From: Catajapyx aquilonaris
Taxonomy: Eukaryota
Direction: 5' to 3'
NCBI GenBank assembly: GCA_000934665.2
Contig: JYFJ02003688.1
Location: 1-42,636, forward strand
Length of the DNA: 42,636 bases
The notes below the pieces were generated by a model, which ran no database searches, was not told where the DNA came from, and worked only from the letters and a program-made list of their open reading frames with translations. Positions 11,928 through 23,000 of this stretch are shown here, piece after piece (within the stretch, counting starts at the first letter, position 1; every line of letters begins with the position of its first letter). Both the position numbers and the translations under genes were made by a program.

Positions 11928-12885
11928 TACATTGTAATATTCACTTTGAAGGAATACCATACTGTGCAACAAGGAGCATGAAATCATCATTTCAATAATT
12001 CTCGGTTGCACCACTGAAAATTGAATGTTGATTATGAGTCTAGCTGACGTCATTGGCAACAATGTCGCAACAATTAACAAACAACTAATTATATCTGTCC
12101 TCCCTCTCCCGCCAACTTATTTTTAGTGATGCAACCCGGTCAAGTGTCAATTTTAGTGAACATCATGCAACTTTAAAAAGAAAAAATCCCTGTCCTTCTT
12201 GTGGGCACTTGAAAAATAACGAATAAAAATCCTGCAAATGTTCAACATTACTGCCATTACATCTCAGTCAATTGGACTTTATCTTACAAGTTTCATTAAT
12301 TTATTTGGCACCATTATGTACACTCACAGGCATAATGATGGAGGTAGACCTGGACAGGAACTCAAACAAAACTGCTAAACTGGTGTTGTCTCTGGCCCAA
12401 CTGGAAATATGCTATTATATGGTCAAGTACACCAAGGTTACGGCTTCTGATACTGTACATTTGCATTGGGACACATACACAACCAGTTCTTCACCTAACT
12501 CATTTGAGGCCCTGCGACTCCATCCTTATGCTCATGATTGAGCCTTTTGCACCAAGAATCTTTGATTGACCAACGCAGGTGGTCCTGCAGATTCCCTTTC
12601 ACTTTTGTAAGTACCCTTTGGCAGTGAATTGTGGGGAATGGCTGTGTGTTTGTACAATACGTAAATACCAGTTCAGATGTATCCCTGACCTTCAAATGGA
12701 TCAAAGACTTGTCAAAAGCAGTCTGGTTGTGTAGGAAACATGCCCTCTTGACCCCCCTTGTAAAAAGTAGATATACGCCACTCTATTTCTAGAACGATAC
12801 GCAAAATCTTTATCAAAATACAAACCACAAAAATAAAATCAACATCCTGATTTAAGACCTCACAAGAAAATCGGAATGACCTCGC

Positions 12886-14259
12886 TTAGCGTCTGCGTGG
12901 GCTGCAACCATGGAGCCTCTTGGTCTCAACCACTGACATCTCAAGATCATCTATGCCAGAGTATTGCCCCCCATACATATTGCGATTCATCAGCTGCCTC
13001 CCATGGTGGAGCACAACTGCCGCAGGGGACTTTTTGCTGAGCAGCTGACCTGCCTTCCCATACTTGCTTGCTGGTTCATCCAGGCGGTGCTCTTGCATAA
13101 CACGGGTGACAACAGGGGAGAGGACAGCACCACCATTATTTCGGACTACTTCAACACACTTGGGGGCTGGTTCATACCACTTCTCTGGCAGAACTGGAGT
13201 TACATCTTTCTTTTGCTCCATGGATGGGTCAGGGGTAGCCGGCTGCTGATTTTCTTTCCCGAAAGGCTGGCGACGAACCCCACCAGGCATGCGGTTTCTT
13301 GGAGTTGATCCTGGGGTGGTGGCCTGAAATTGTGATGACAAATCTCATTAGTCTGCTTTGATTGCAGATATTGTCTTTCACAAATGTTACATTCTAAATT
13401 ACAAATATTACAACTAACCTTTGGTTTGACTTGAGTCACCAGTGGCGGAACAGGCTTGTCATGAATGTATCGGGCCACAGGGCTGGTCACATTCATTAGC
13501 CTGCTACGATGAGACATGAATCCCTGAGGACGAGGGGTTGGAATGCGGGAAGAACCAGACCCAGGGGTTTGGGCAGGGCCAGAACCTGAACCTGGTTTTG
13601 GGGTGGTTGCCAGGGCCGCTTTGGGTGTTGTAGTTGGAAGATGGGGTAGCTTAAATTGGACTGGAGGCAGTGGAGGCAGCTTTGCAACGGGATCAGGGAC
13701 CTTCACAGGGGAGGGTTCCTCCGTTGGTTCCGGAACTTCCTCAGCCACCTTAGCAGTATCACGTTGGGCTTTCTCTTCCATTTCTACAGCCAACTGCATG
13801 AGACGCTCCATTCTTTCAACGGTGTCATCCAAACCCAGTCCATCCAGGTTCAGAGACACATCCGAATCATTTGAATGGCAGGTCACATAACTCTGGTTGG
13901 TCGCTGTAATGGAAAACATCACGAGCTTTGAACACCAAGTACCTGTACCAAGTCCACAATGCCCTCAAGAAGTTCAGCACAAGGCTTAGTCGTGCTCCTA
14001 TTTACTAGTGAACGCGTACCTGGACTGGTAGAGGCCGTGATGGGTGTCACCTCAATCTTCTCCTCATCAAATGAATCTGTAAATTTTAAAATGCAATCAG
14101 TACAACACGCCTGGAAGGTTCGCCACTCACCACTTTACCTTGTGCTAATACTGGTGGTGAACTTGGGCCAGGGGAGCAGAGGTACATGAAGTCCAGCTGG
14201 CGGACTACATTTCCCATCTCCGCGGCTCCACTGGTGAACACATCTTCCTCCAACTCCAT
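12886..14259 (-). CDS. Uncharacterised 366-aa Pro/Ser/Thr-rich disordered protein with cell-cycle and microtubule-tip motifs
   Basis: Exons 14259-14139, 14076-14020, 13903-13419 and 13323-12886 join in frame (1101 nt) through 62-, 116- and 95-nt GT-AG introns. A probable non-coding first exon ends at 14540 (AAG|GTGAGA) in CpG-rich promoter-like DNA. Confidence 0.8.
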
Positions 14260-15650
14260 CTCTCTACTAGTAGGAAATATCAATTAATAAGAGTTGAAAT
14301 GAAGGACCCTGTACCAGTTATTAATCTCATTTTTAATTTCATTTAAAGCCAATTAAAAGAGTCAAAAGGACAATTTAGGTCCGTTTGTATGCACATAATT
14401 AACCTTAGCTCATGTTAGCTGCCCTTAGTTTAATTTTAATTCAGTTCCAGTCAGATTGTCGGATTGACTTGGTTCCGTTACAGCCGCTAGGGCTCGGGGA
14501 AAAGAACGTTACAAGACCCAACTGTTGACATGGTCTCACCTTCTGTCTGCGACGGATGCAGGTGATCGTACGGGGAGGCAAAACGGCAGCCAAAGTGCGG
14601 GAGATACGTGCACCGCACCCACACTGTTGGAATCAGGCGAGGAGACTCTTGAACAAAGCGGATCGCTGTCCCGAAATTTCGAACGCGGCTTGTTTTATTA
14701 CCCGTTCCACGGCAACTCCCTGCAGATGGCAACCTTGTCGAGCTACAAAATGGTTCCGTATTTTTTTTAAATAGAAATTAACATGAAATTATTTTTACAT
14801 AATTATTTGAAAAACCAAACTGGTTGTAACGGATAGAAATAATTAAATTTTGGAGATGTGCTCAAAATGTGTACTGGCAACAGGGGAGACCGGCTAATTT
14901 GAAAATGTTACTGCTAGAGAGCCGCGATCGTGGCCTCGATCAAGGTTTATACACCTTGGCCTCAATGGCAATGAAAAGACATCCTAATTTTTAAAAATGC
15001 ATTTTAAAGATGCCTCTTTTTGGGTCTTTTTGGTGATATGTCTTCAACATATTGCACAGGGAAGAAAAATTTCACAGAAGATTAAAGAGAGATAACAGCA
15101 AACTCTGCTTCTTGCATAACTTCCTATTCCAAGAGCTGCTATTCCTATTAGACTACTCTAGTACTGTCCAAAGGTACTGTCATTTCCAATGAAGTTGTAT
15201 TCATCAAACTCATTTGACGGAATAAAATTAGGCCATGACCATTTACCTCCATAGTAGTGTACAATGTCATTCACTATTTAAATTAAAATAATTTTTGTTT
15301 GAATATTTGAACAGCGACTCAACCCACTAGTGGACAGCTGACAATCAGAATGACTGCTACACTGTACGGTACATTTAAAAGGCCCAAGCCATGTTACATA
15401 ACTTACGGTATGGGAACATAGAATTCAGCGTCTTATTACTACCCGGCTGTAACCAATCAATGATGCACTTTTCAAACTGGAGATTGTTCTCCCTGCACTC
15501 ACTGTAGAATCATTTATTCAGCACTGACAAGATACTGTGTGGAACAAAAGTTATCATCTCCACTGCACTGGTTTGGACAGAGGTAACATTTCTTCCACAT
15601 GGCATATTACGTTTCTCTCAACAGAATATACTCTATCCTAACCAGATGTA

Positions 15651-15833
15651 GGCCGTGTTTACAATGTTAACAATTTGACGAGCAAAGTCTTCACTGAGTA
15701 ACCCGAATAACCAATATTGTTTGAGGTGAAAGTAACAATCGATTTTCGCCTGGTTACTCAGCGATGGTTACTCAGTGATGTTATTGCTCAGTGAAGACTT
15801 CGCTCGTCAAATCGCTCACATGTAAATGTGTCC
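15651..15833. mobile_element. Palindromic MITE, PIF/Harbinger-like
   Basis: ~50-bp imperfect TIRs (GGCCGTGTTTACA...ATTTGACGAGC(A/G)AAGTCTTCACTGAG), GTA/TTA flanks, internal GGTTACTCAG repeats. Confidence 0.75.
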
Positions 15834-15875
15834 TTACAATTTAACGAATCTTTCGAACACTTTCTGTGGAAACTT

Positions 15876-15885
15876 TTTATTTATT
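15876..15885 (-). promoter_or_regulatory. Candidate MLH1 polyadenylation signal
   Basis: Two overlapping AATAAA hexamers on the minus strand about 20-30 nt after the MLH1 stop. Confidence 0.45.
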
Positions 15886-15904
15886 TCACAGTGACGAACC
15901 AGGT

Positions 15905-18900
15905 TCAACATCGTTCAAATACTTTGTACAGGTCAGGAAGATCAGCTATCTGCAAAAGTGTCCCATCATCTGCAAACTTCTTGGGTGGAAGCAAGAAATG
16001 CTTGCAGGCTGGATACATGACGTGCTCAACCGTCCATTTCCAGTTGGTAGAATTGCTTTTGTCACCGCCACCATCCTGGAAAGACGCATGCATTACCAAT
16101 ACTGAGAGATTACAATGCCATTAGGTGTCATAATTAGGTGATAAAGTGCCTTGATTTTTAAAAAAATTTGATTACAGGATAATTTGATGAAAAGGGTCTC
16201 AGCTTTTCGGTGAGGGGGTAACTAACACAGGAAGTCGAATTATTTTCTTTCTGTCACAATATTCTTGATAACATTCATCATCATGAAGGACAATAGCTAA
16301 ACACTTGCATACAAGGAAATGACCAAGGGTAGTAGCCTCATATTTTGGCTGAAACTTGCATGAGGGGTCAATCTTATGCCATAAACATGGTGGTGAAAGT
16401 CCTCAATTCCACTGTTCAGCCGGTTCCAAGATAAGAGCGACAGAAGCATCCAAATTTTGGCCGCATGCATAGGGGTCAGGCGAGAAACATGCAAGTGCAA
16501 GGAAGAGTTTGGTAGTCTAGTGGGTAGCGCATCAGACTTGTGATTTTTCCGGGAGCTGCATCCTTCCAAGTTACCTCTATTCCCCCCTTTCCCTTCTCCT
16601 TTTTCGATCCCATGCACCATCTCCGACCACCCTTTTTGTTTTCCATTGTTTCTTTGCTCTGGTATTGATTATGCGACCATCTAAAAGCTGCTTTCTTTAG
16701 CTTCTCATGTATTACCCATAGACCATAGCTAAGATGAAGGTTTTTGCAGCTTGAAATTTACTTGCATAAATCAATTACATACAATTGGTTTGGGAAGGAG
16801 AGATTACAATATGTCATAGGCTACAAATTGATGCGGCGGAAGAGGTTCCTGTTATGCAATTATTTGTATTTTTGGAAGTTGACAGAACGAGAAGTGAAAG
16901 AAAGCAGCTTTTAGATGGTCGCATAACAAATACCAGAGCAATGAAACAATGGAAAACAAAGAGGACGGTGGGGGATGGTGTATGGGATCGAAAAAAATAA
17001 GGGGAAATGGGGGGAGGGGGGAATAAAGGTCACTTAGAAGGGATGCGGATCCTGGCAAAATCACAAGTCCGACGCGCTACCCACTTGACTATCAGCTCTT
17101 CCTTGCACTTGCACATTTCTTGCCTGACCCCTACGCGCGAGGTCAAAATTTGGATGCTTCTGTTGCTCATAACTCGGAAATGGCTGAACAGTGGAATTCA
17201 GGGCTTTCACCACTGTGTTTATGGCATATGATTTACCCCTCATGCAATTTCAGCCCATAAGGTGCAACCATAAAAATCATCTTACCTCCTTAGCATCTTT
17301 CTCTTCACTTGGCAGATCAAGAGGGAGTTGAGCATAAAACCGAGCTGTTTCAGTCGCAAATGTGTGGAAGCATTCTTTCTCCCCTTCCCAGTCAACTTCA
17401 GTAGCTAGTCGTAATATATACATTGGTAGTCGCTCCAGGGGTGGCACATAATTATCTGTTGATCAATCAAGTACATTATTACAAGGAATCATTTGCACAA
17501 AATGACTTACTGATACTGTACAATAAATGGAACCTGTATAACCGAGAATAATACAGTAGCCTATACATAGTAAAAACTAAACACGCAACAGTGATTTGTA
17601 AAATGCATCAATTTTGTTATTGTAATAAGAGATTCAAACATACCGATAATCATAGGGATGGAAACCAAATTCCCCTCCGAGTCTATCTTTAGGGAGAAGT
17701 AGTCATCAAGCATTGAGGCTTTCTTGATCATGAACTTGTGTATGTAGTCGGAGAGTTCATCTTTGGGTCCATCCTCCTCTGTCCATCCTGACTCTTCCTG
17801 GTTGAGCGCCACCTGAATCAGAGCCTGAACTGGTGCTGGTTCTGACAGGTTGAGGTATCCCATGTTGCCAAATTCATACATCACTAGCTGGTATAAAACT
17901 TCCATAGTCACCAGCTCAGTGTTGCACAAATAAAGGCGTGTCTGGTGTTGCACCAGTGCACGGGTCTGGTCCACACACCCAACAAATGTGTGCATCTTGA
18001 ATAGGTCACGCAGTCCTTGATGACATGAATCCTCAACCTGTAACAATAAGGATGGTATAAGTTTATTGTTATTCCACTTCACAGCACAGATGAGATTACT
18101 GTAAGTCAACCAAGTCCAGTACGTAAAAAAAAAATAATAAGCACTCAACCTCCTTCCGTAACTGCAACACACTGGTCAGATTGACATCCCGTCGTTGTGA
18201 ACTTGAAACTGACGATGTCATTGAGGGAGAGGCAGTGCCGCCAAAAAATTTGTCCAGTTTCTGCGACTGTGAGTCTGTGCGCACCAGCTTGTTGTCATAC
18301 ACTTTTGCACTTGTGTCACTAGTAGTAGGAATAGCAGCACCTGGCAAGAGAGCTTGGGTGTAAAAAGTACGTGACACATTTGCATCCTGAAGTCGTGTCT
18401 CAATTGCCCTCTGCACTGCTTCAATGATTGACTCCTCATGTAGAAAAAGAACCTCTTGCTTCGTTGGATGGACATTAACATCAACATTTTCTGGGCTTAG
18501 CGAGAGTGCTAAATATATGAATGGGTGTCCACCGCGTGGAAGGTATGCCTCATATGACTTATCCAGGGCTTTCTTCATTGGAGAACAGTCCACGAGGCGC
18601 TCGTTGATGAAAAGTATGAAAGTTGCTTTTTTGGCTGAATAATTAGCATTGGTCACATGTGCCTTGAGTTTCAATCCCAATGACTCCTCTTCTGATTCAA
18701 CTTCAACCAGCTCTCTTGCTATGGCACTACCATATAATGACCTGATGGTATCCTGAACACTGGAACCAGCGCTGGTTCGCACATCTGCCACATTCTCCCC
18801 TTGCCGCTTCAATGAAAATGCAACCTTAGTGGCATTGTGCACTGCGTATTTGCTGCACACATCAGCTAAACGTCCAAACTCATCAGAAGGACTGCGAAGT

Positions 18901-19593
18901 GCATTGCGCCGTGTTGCCACGTTATAGAACAAATCTTCTAAGGTGATGCGTGTGCCAGTATTACCAGCACAAGGCTGTGGAATGCCAATAGGCCGACCAT
19001 CCTGGTACCTGAAAATCAATAATGTTTTCACTATAATTGTGTACAGGTAGAATGAAGTGGAATAAATCCAATCTCACTCAGCAGTTACCTGGCTTTGAAT
19101 GCACAACGGGCCCCCGGAGTCTTGGAAACCAACGTGAGATGCGCCACATGGCTCATGCTTGCAAGTGCTTCCCCTCGAAACCCATGTGTTGCGATGGTGG
19201 TGAGATCCTGATAGGTCCGAAGCTTGGAGGTGGTAAACCGCTCGCAGGCAATCATCAGATCATCCGCATGAATCCCACACCCATCATCCTGCACCTGAAG
19301 CAGTTTCAGTCCACCCTGCTTCACCGTCACCTGAATTGATGTAGAACCAGCATCCAAGCTGAAGATGAATAGAACCAACATGTTATTTCCTTGTGTTGCC
19401 GACATTTTTTTTTTAAAATATTATATTTTTCTACAGTTGTTAGTCTCTCATTCCATGCCATAATGCAACCGAACCTGTTCTCAATAAGTTCCTTGAGCGC
19501 ATTTGCCGGCCTCTGTATCACCTCTCCAGCCGCTATCCGATTAATGACCGCCTCTGCCAGCTTCCGAATCTTTCCTCCCGTTTCGTCCGCCAT
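15905..19593 (-). CDS. MLH1: DNA mismatch repair protein MLH1 (660 aa, complete)
   Basis: Exons 19593-19475, 19358-19089, 19008-18150, 18037-17644, 17455-17286 and 16075-15905 join in frame (1983 nt). Motifs [63 protein letters not shown] and the diagnostic C-terminal LYKVFERC*. Confidence 0.98.
16347..17255. repeat. Long inverted repeat (foldback-type element) in MLH1 intron 5
   Basis: 16347-16706 is the reverse complement of 16889-17255 along the whole arm (e.g. ATGCGACCATCTAAAAGCTGCTTTCTTT vs AAAGAAAGCAGCTTTTAGATGGTCGCAT), roughly 80% identical by eye, with a ~180-bp spacer. Confidence 0.92.
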
Positions 19594-20009
19594 ATCCAGG
19601 GACGCACCCGTGGTCCAAACAAAGAGAACCTCATCCAAAACACAGATTCCAAAAGCGGTTCCAAATCACGCGCAGGACGCCGCCATCTTTATTATCACGT
19701 TCGATCGAGTTAACTGGAGTTAACCGTCCATGTGGCTATGTTTAATCGTGATTAATTTGTATTGTTCTAAATGGTGGTTAATTTAATTCGGGTTGATGCG
19801 AGATAGGTGTCGCTTTGGGTGCGCGTGGTGCGGTGCGCAGAGGATCCGGGTCCAGTCAGTGCCCGCGTCGTGGTGGCGGAGGGAGGGTGTGTCCAGTGCT
19901 GCTGCCTGCTGCCGACGAACAGACGACGGGGCATCGCCTGACCGGATGAGAGTCCGACGGGGGTCCAGCTGACCCTTGAGCCGCCGGCCGGATCGCTGGG
20001 AGAAGGAGG
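19594..20009. promoter_or_regulatory. CpG-rich bidirectional promoter region shared by MLH1 (-) and the yurt-like gene (+)
   Basis: The two start codons are 416 bp apart, head to head. The region is GC- and CpG-rich and has a YY1/Pho-type motif GCCGCCATCTT at 19679-19689. Confidence 0.7.
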
Positions 20010-23000
20010 ATGCTCCGGTTCCTGAGCCGCCGTGGCAAGGGGAGGAGAGGCGGCGGGTCGCACAAGGAGCAGCTGACCAAGGGCAGCAACGGGGCGGCGG
20101 GGGACGCGCTCATCCAGCCAGCGGTCAAGCCCAACAAGAATGCCATCGCCTGCAGGGTCATCCTCCTCGACGGAACCGACCTCTCCATACAGCTGCATGT
20201 GAGTTCCATCCACTGATCAATGAGGATGTCATGGCTCTCTGAACATTGTTTGTTGGCTGTAAGTGTTCGAATTTGCAAGTGCATTTGATGGCGTTCTGCC
20301 TTGTTGAACCTGTGGGAATGCGGTTGCATTACGTACACTGCACATTTATAAATCTCATTACACATGGACGGTGTGGATTGTTATATATCTCAGACGTTTT
20401 GTTGCTATCAGTGGGATGCCATGCGTGGACTGTAGGTGGTGAGGCAATAGCTCGTGCCTATCACACCAGCAGATGAGGCTCATGATCTTCAGACAATAGA
20501 CAATGGCTTGTTGTGGCCGTGAGTTGTGTGACACCCAGTATTCCTGCAGGCTTTATTTTATGTCACTGCTGCAGGTGAACATTGAATAGGAGAATCGTGT
20601 GCATGTGGCGCAATGTTGGCCTGCAGTTGCTAGGTGAGCAGGCAAATAATAGACAATCTGATGAGACTATTGAGGCCAGGAAGGAAGGGAAAAAAAAAAG
20701 TGTTATGAGCTGACAAGACAAGGGCAAGATTCCACCTTTCAGTTCTGATATGATACAGTTTGCTTGTGTTCTCCTTCAGAAAGCGCTTATCTGTAGCCCT
20801 TGTTGTGGGAGAGGTTGCAAAATAGCCTCTTGCTGCTACACAAAACTGGAATTGAGTTGGTGCTCTGGCATGGAAAAAGAGTTTTGAAATTCCCATGATG
20901 AGAAGAAAAAAAAGTAGCAGCAAACAATGATGACATTGCGGTCATGCAAGCCAGTGCCCATCTCTTTATTCCATCCTTGGCTTCCGGTGCCCCCCAGACC
21001 CTCCAGACTTACTTTCACCAGTCTGATGAGCACCGGAACAAAACAAAGCCTGTAATCAATATGGAAGCAATTCAATTGAAACTGCCCTGATTATGCCCTC
21101 AGATTTTTAAGTGTGGGTATATATTCAGCCAAAACCAACAATTACGGGGAGCCTCCTCTCTTTCACTTGTAGTTTACACCCCAGCCTCCTACAGACATTT
21201 GTTTAAAAAAGAAACCAGTGCAACTTTACCGAATTGTGGGAACAAAAGGTGTTTCCCCCCTTTTCAACCCAACCCAGAATGGTCTGCTGTGATTGGAGTG
21301 GTTGGAATAAAAATAAAGCAGTGTGTAACGGTTGGACAGGTGAGATAAGAGACAGGTGAGAGAGGGAGAGAGATGTAGGGGGAGGGTTTGAGACCAGTAT
21401 GGAAGAGTAGATAGCAAATGGGGCGTTGCCAATTGGGTCTGCCTTTCATTGGCCGACCGAGCATGAGATGGTGTTGTCGCCAGGATCTTGCCCCGGGGCC
21501 ACCTTTTTGAAAAAAATGAGAAGCCTACGTGCAGCATCCAGAGGTCCAGCTCAATGCACTCTCTCGAGGGATAATAAGAAGGCGGGGTTGTGATTGTAGG
21601 AGAGGCCGCGCAAATTGAATCAGGAATCCCCATGGCCGCAATTAGATTAATGACCGGTAATGCTAGGGGGAAATTGCTGCCGGAGAACAATTGATTGTTA
21701 AAGAGCGATTTATACCCATGGTTCTTTTCCAGGGTAGGAAGCCACCGATTGTAAGAATTTCACATAGTTTGATTTTTTTTGGGCACTCACTACAGGCACT
21801 TCCATACTGTGATGTTCCTATGGAAGTGCCTGCAGAAATTACAATCGTCACATGGACATATCTACATATGAAACCTGGCCCGCAAAGGGTGTGTGGCAGA
21901 CACCCTTGCGAAATCCCAGATATAGCAGATACATGGACCGGATAGCCGCCCCCTTGCAACATGGGTGCAGTCAGGCACCAAGTACGAGTATATTCCTCCT
22001 CCTATCTATCCTCTGGAAGAAGGAATGAAAAAAAGGTGGCTTGTTGCGGGTGTGGTGCAGGCAAGTAGGTTAGGTTGGGCCCCCACGCCTCTCTCACACC
22101 TTGGCCTCATTTATTATTCCCCCCCTGAACCAGTACCAATTCCGTTTGCTCAAAAGTTCATCCCCATCCGCCCCCATCGACTATTGAACCCTCCAGAGAC
22201 CACCAATAGTCGCATGCATATGAGACTGGTTATAATTACAGCCCATCATCATCGGGTGTACACATCACAGGATGAGGGCATGCAAAAAAAAATATTTAAT
22301 GCCCAGTTTTGAGGTGTAAATAGCCGGGCAGCATTAATTCGCGTCCTTCGCAGTGCGTGCTTCTCAGGTTTTTGGAGGGGGAGTTGCGTCGCATTCGAGT
22401 GCTGGAATCACTGGAGCATTGTTCCATCCTCTGACTGGATCCGGACTCCCAGGACGACACCCTCTTTTCACTTCTATATACAAGGATGACCATGCTCTGG
22501 GGGTCGCTCACAAGAACGGTCGTTGCAACGAATTAATTGGGTTTCGTTCATATAAGTTTCAAGTCAAATCAATGGTCAGTGTGTTGGCAGTACGGACCTC
22601 CAGTTGGGTGCTCTGAAAATGACCCCATTGTGAGGGTGTGGACAAGGGATGGATTCAGGTTTTGCCAGGTAGGATGAAGCTGAATGAGCGATGATGTAAT
22701 TTGCCTGATGCCTGCCGGACGTGGGATTAATAAGCTGACAAGATGAGTCACTGGTGGTTGACGTGTTATGTGACGATAAGAATTTTTTGGTGCGTATTTT
22801 TGGTAGTTTTTGGAGGAGGAAGTGCGAACGGACGGGTAGTCCTTTTGTGGTTTTTAGCGTTCCGGGCCGTTGGAGGTTCTCAGCCTTTCTTGTACTTCTT
22901 GCACCCCCGGCTCCACGGACCACTCGCTTCCGTTTGCCTAATTGCGGCCGCTGTACAAGATCTGGATAATGAGCCCCGGCGGACTGGGAAATGGCCCGTG

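Noticed and set aside
20928..21026. ATGATGA...CTGA pair resembling a C/D box snoRNA
   Set aside because: No convincing terminal stem and no recognisable rRNA-complementary guide.
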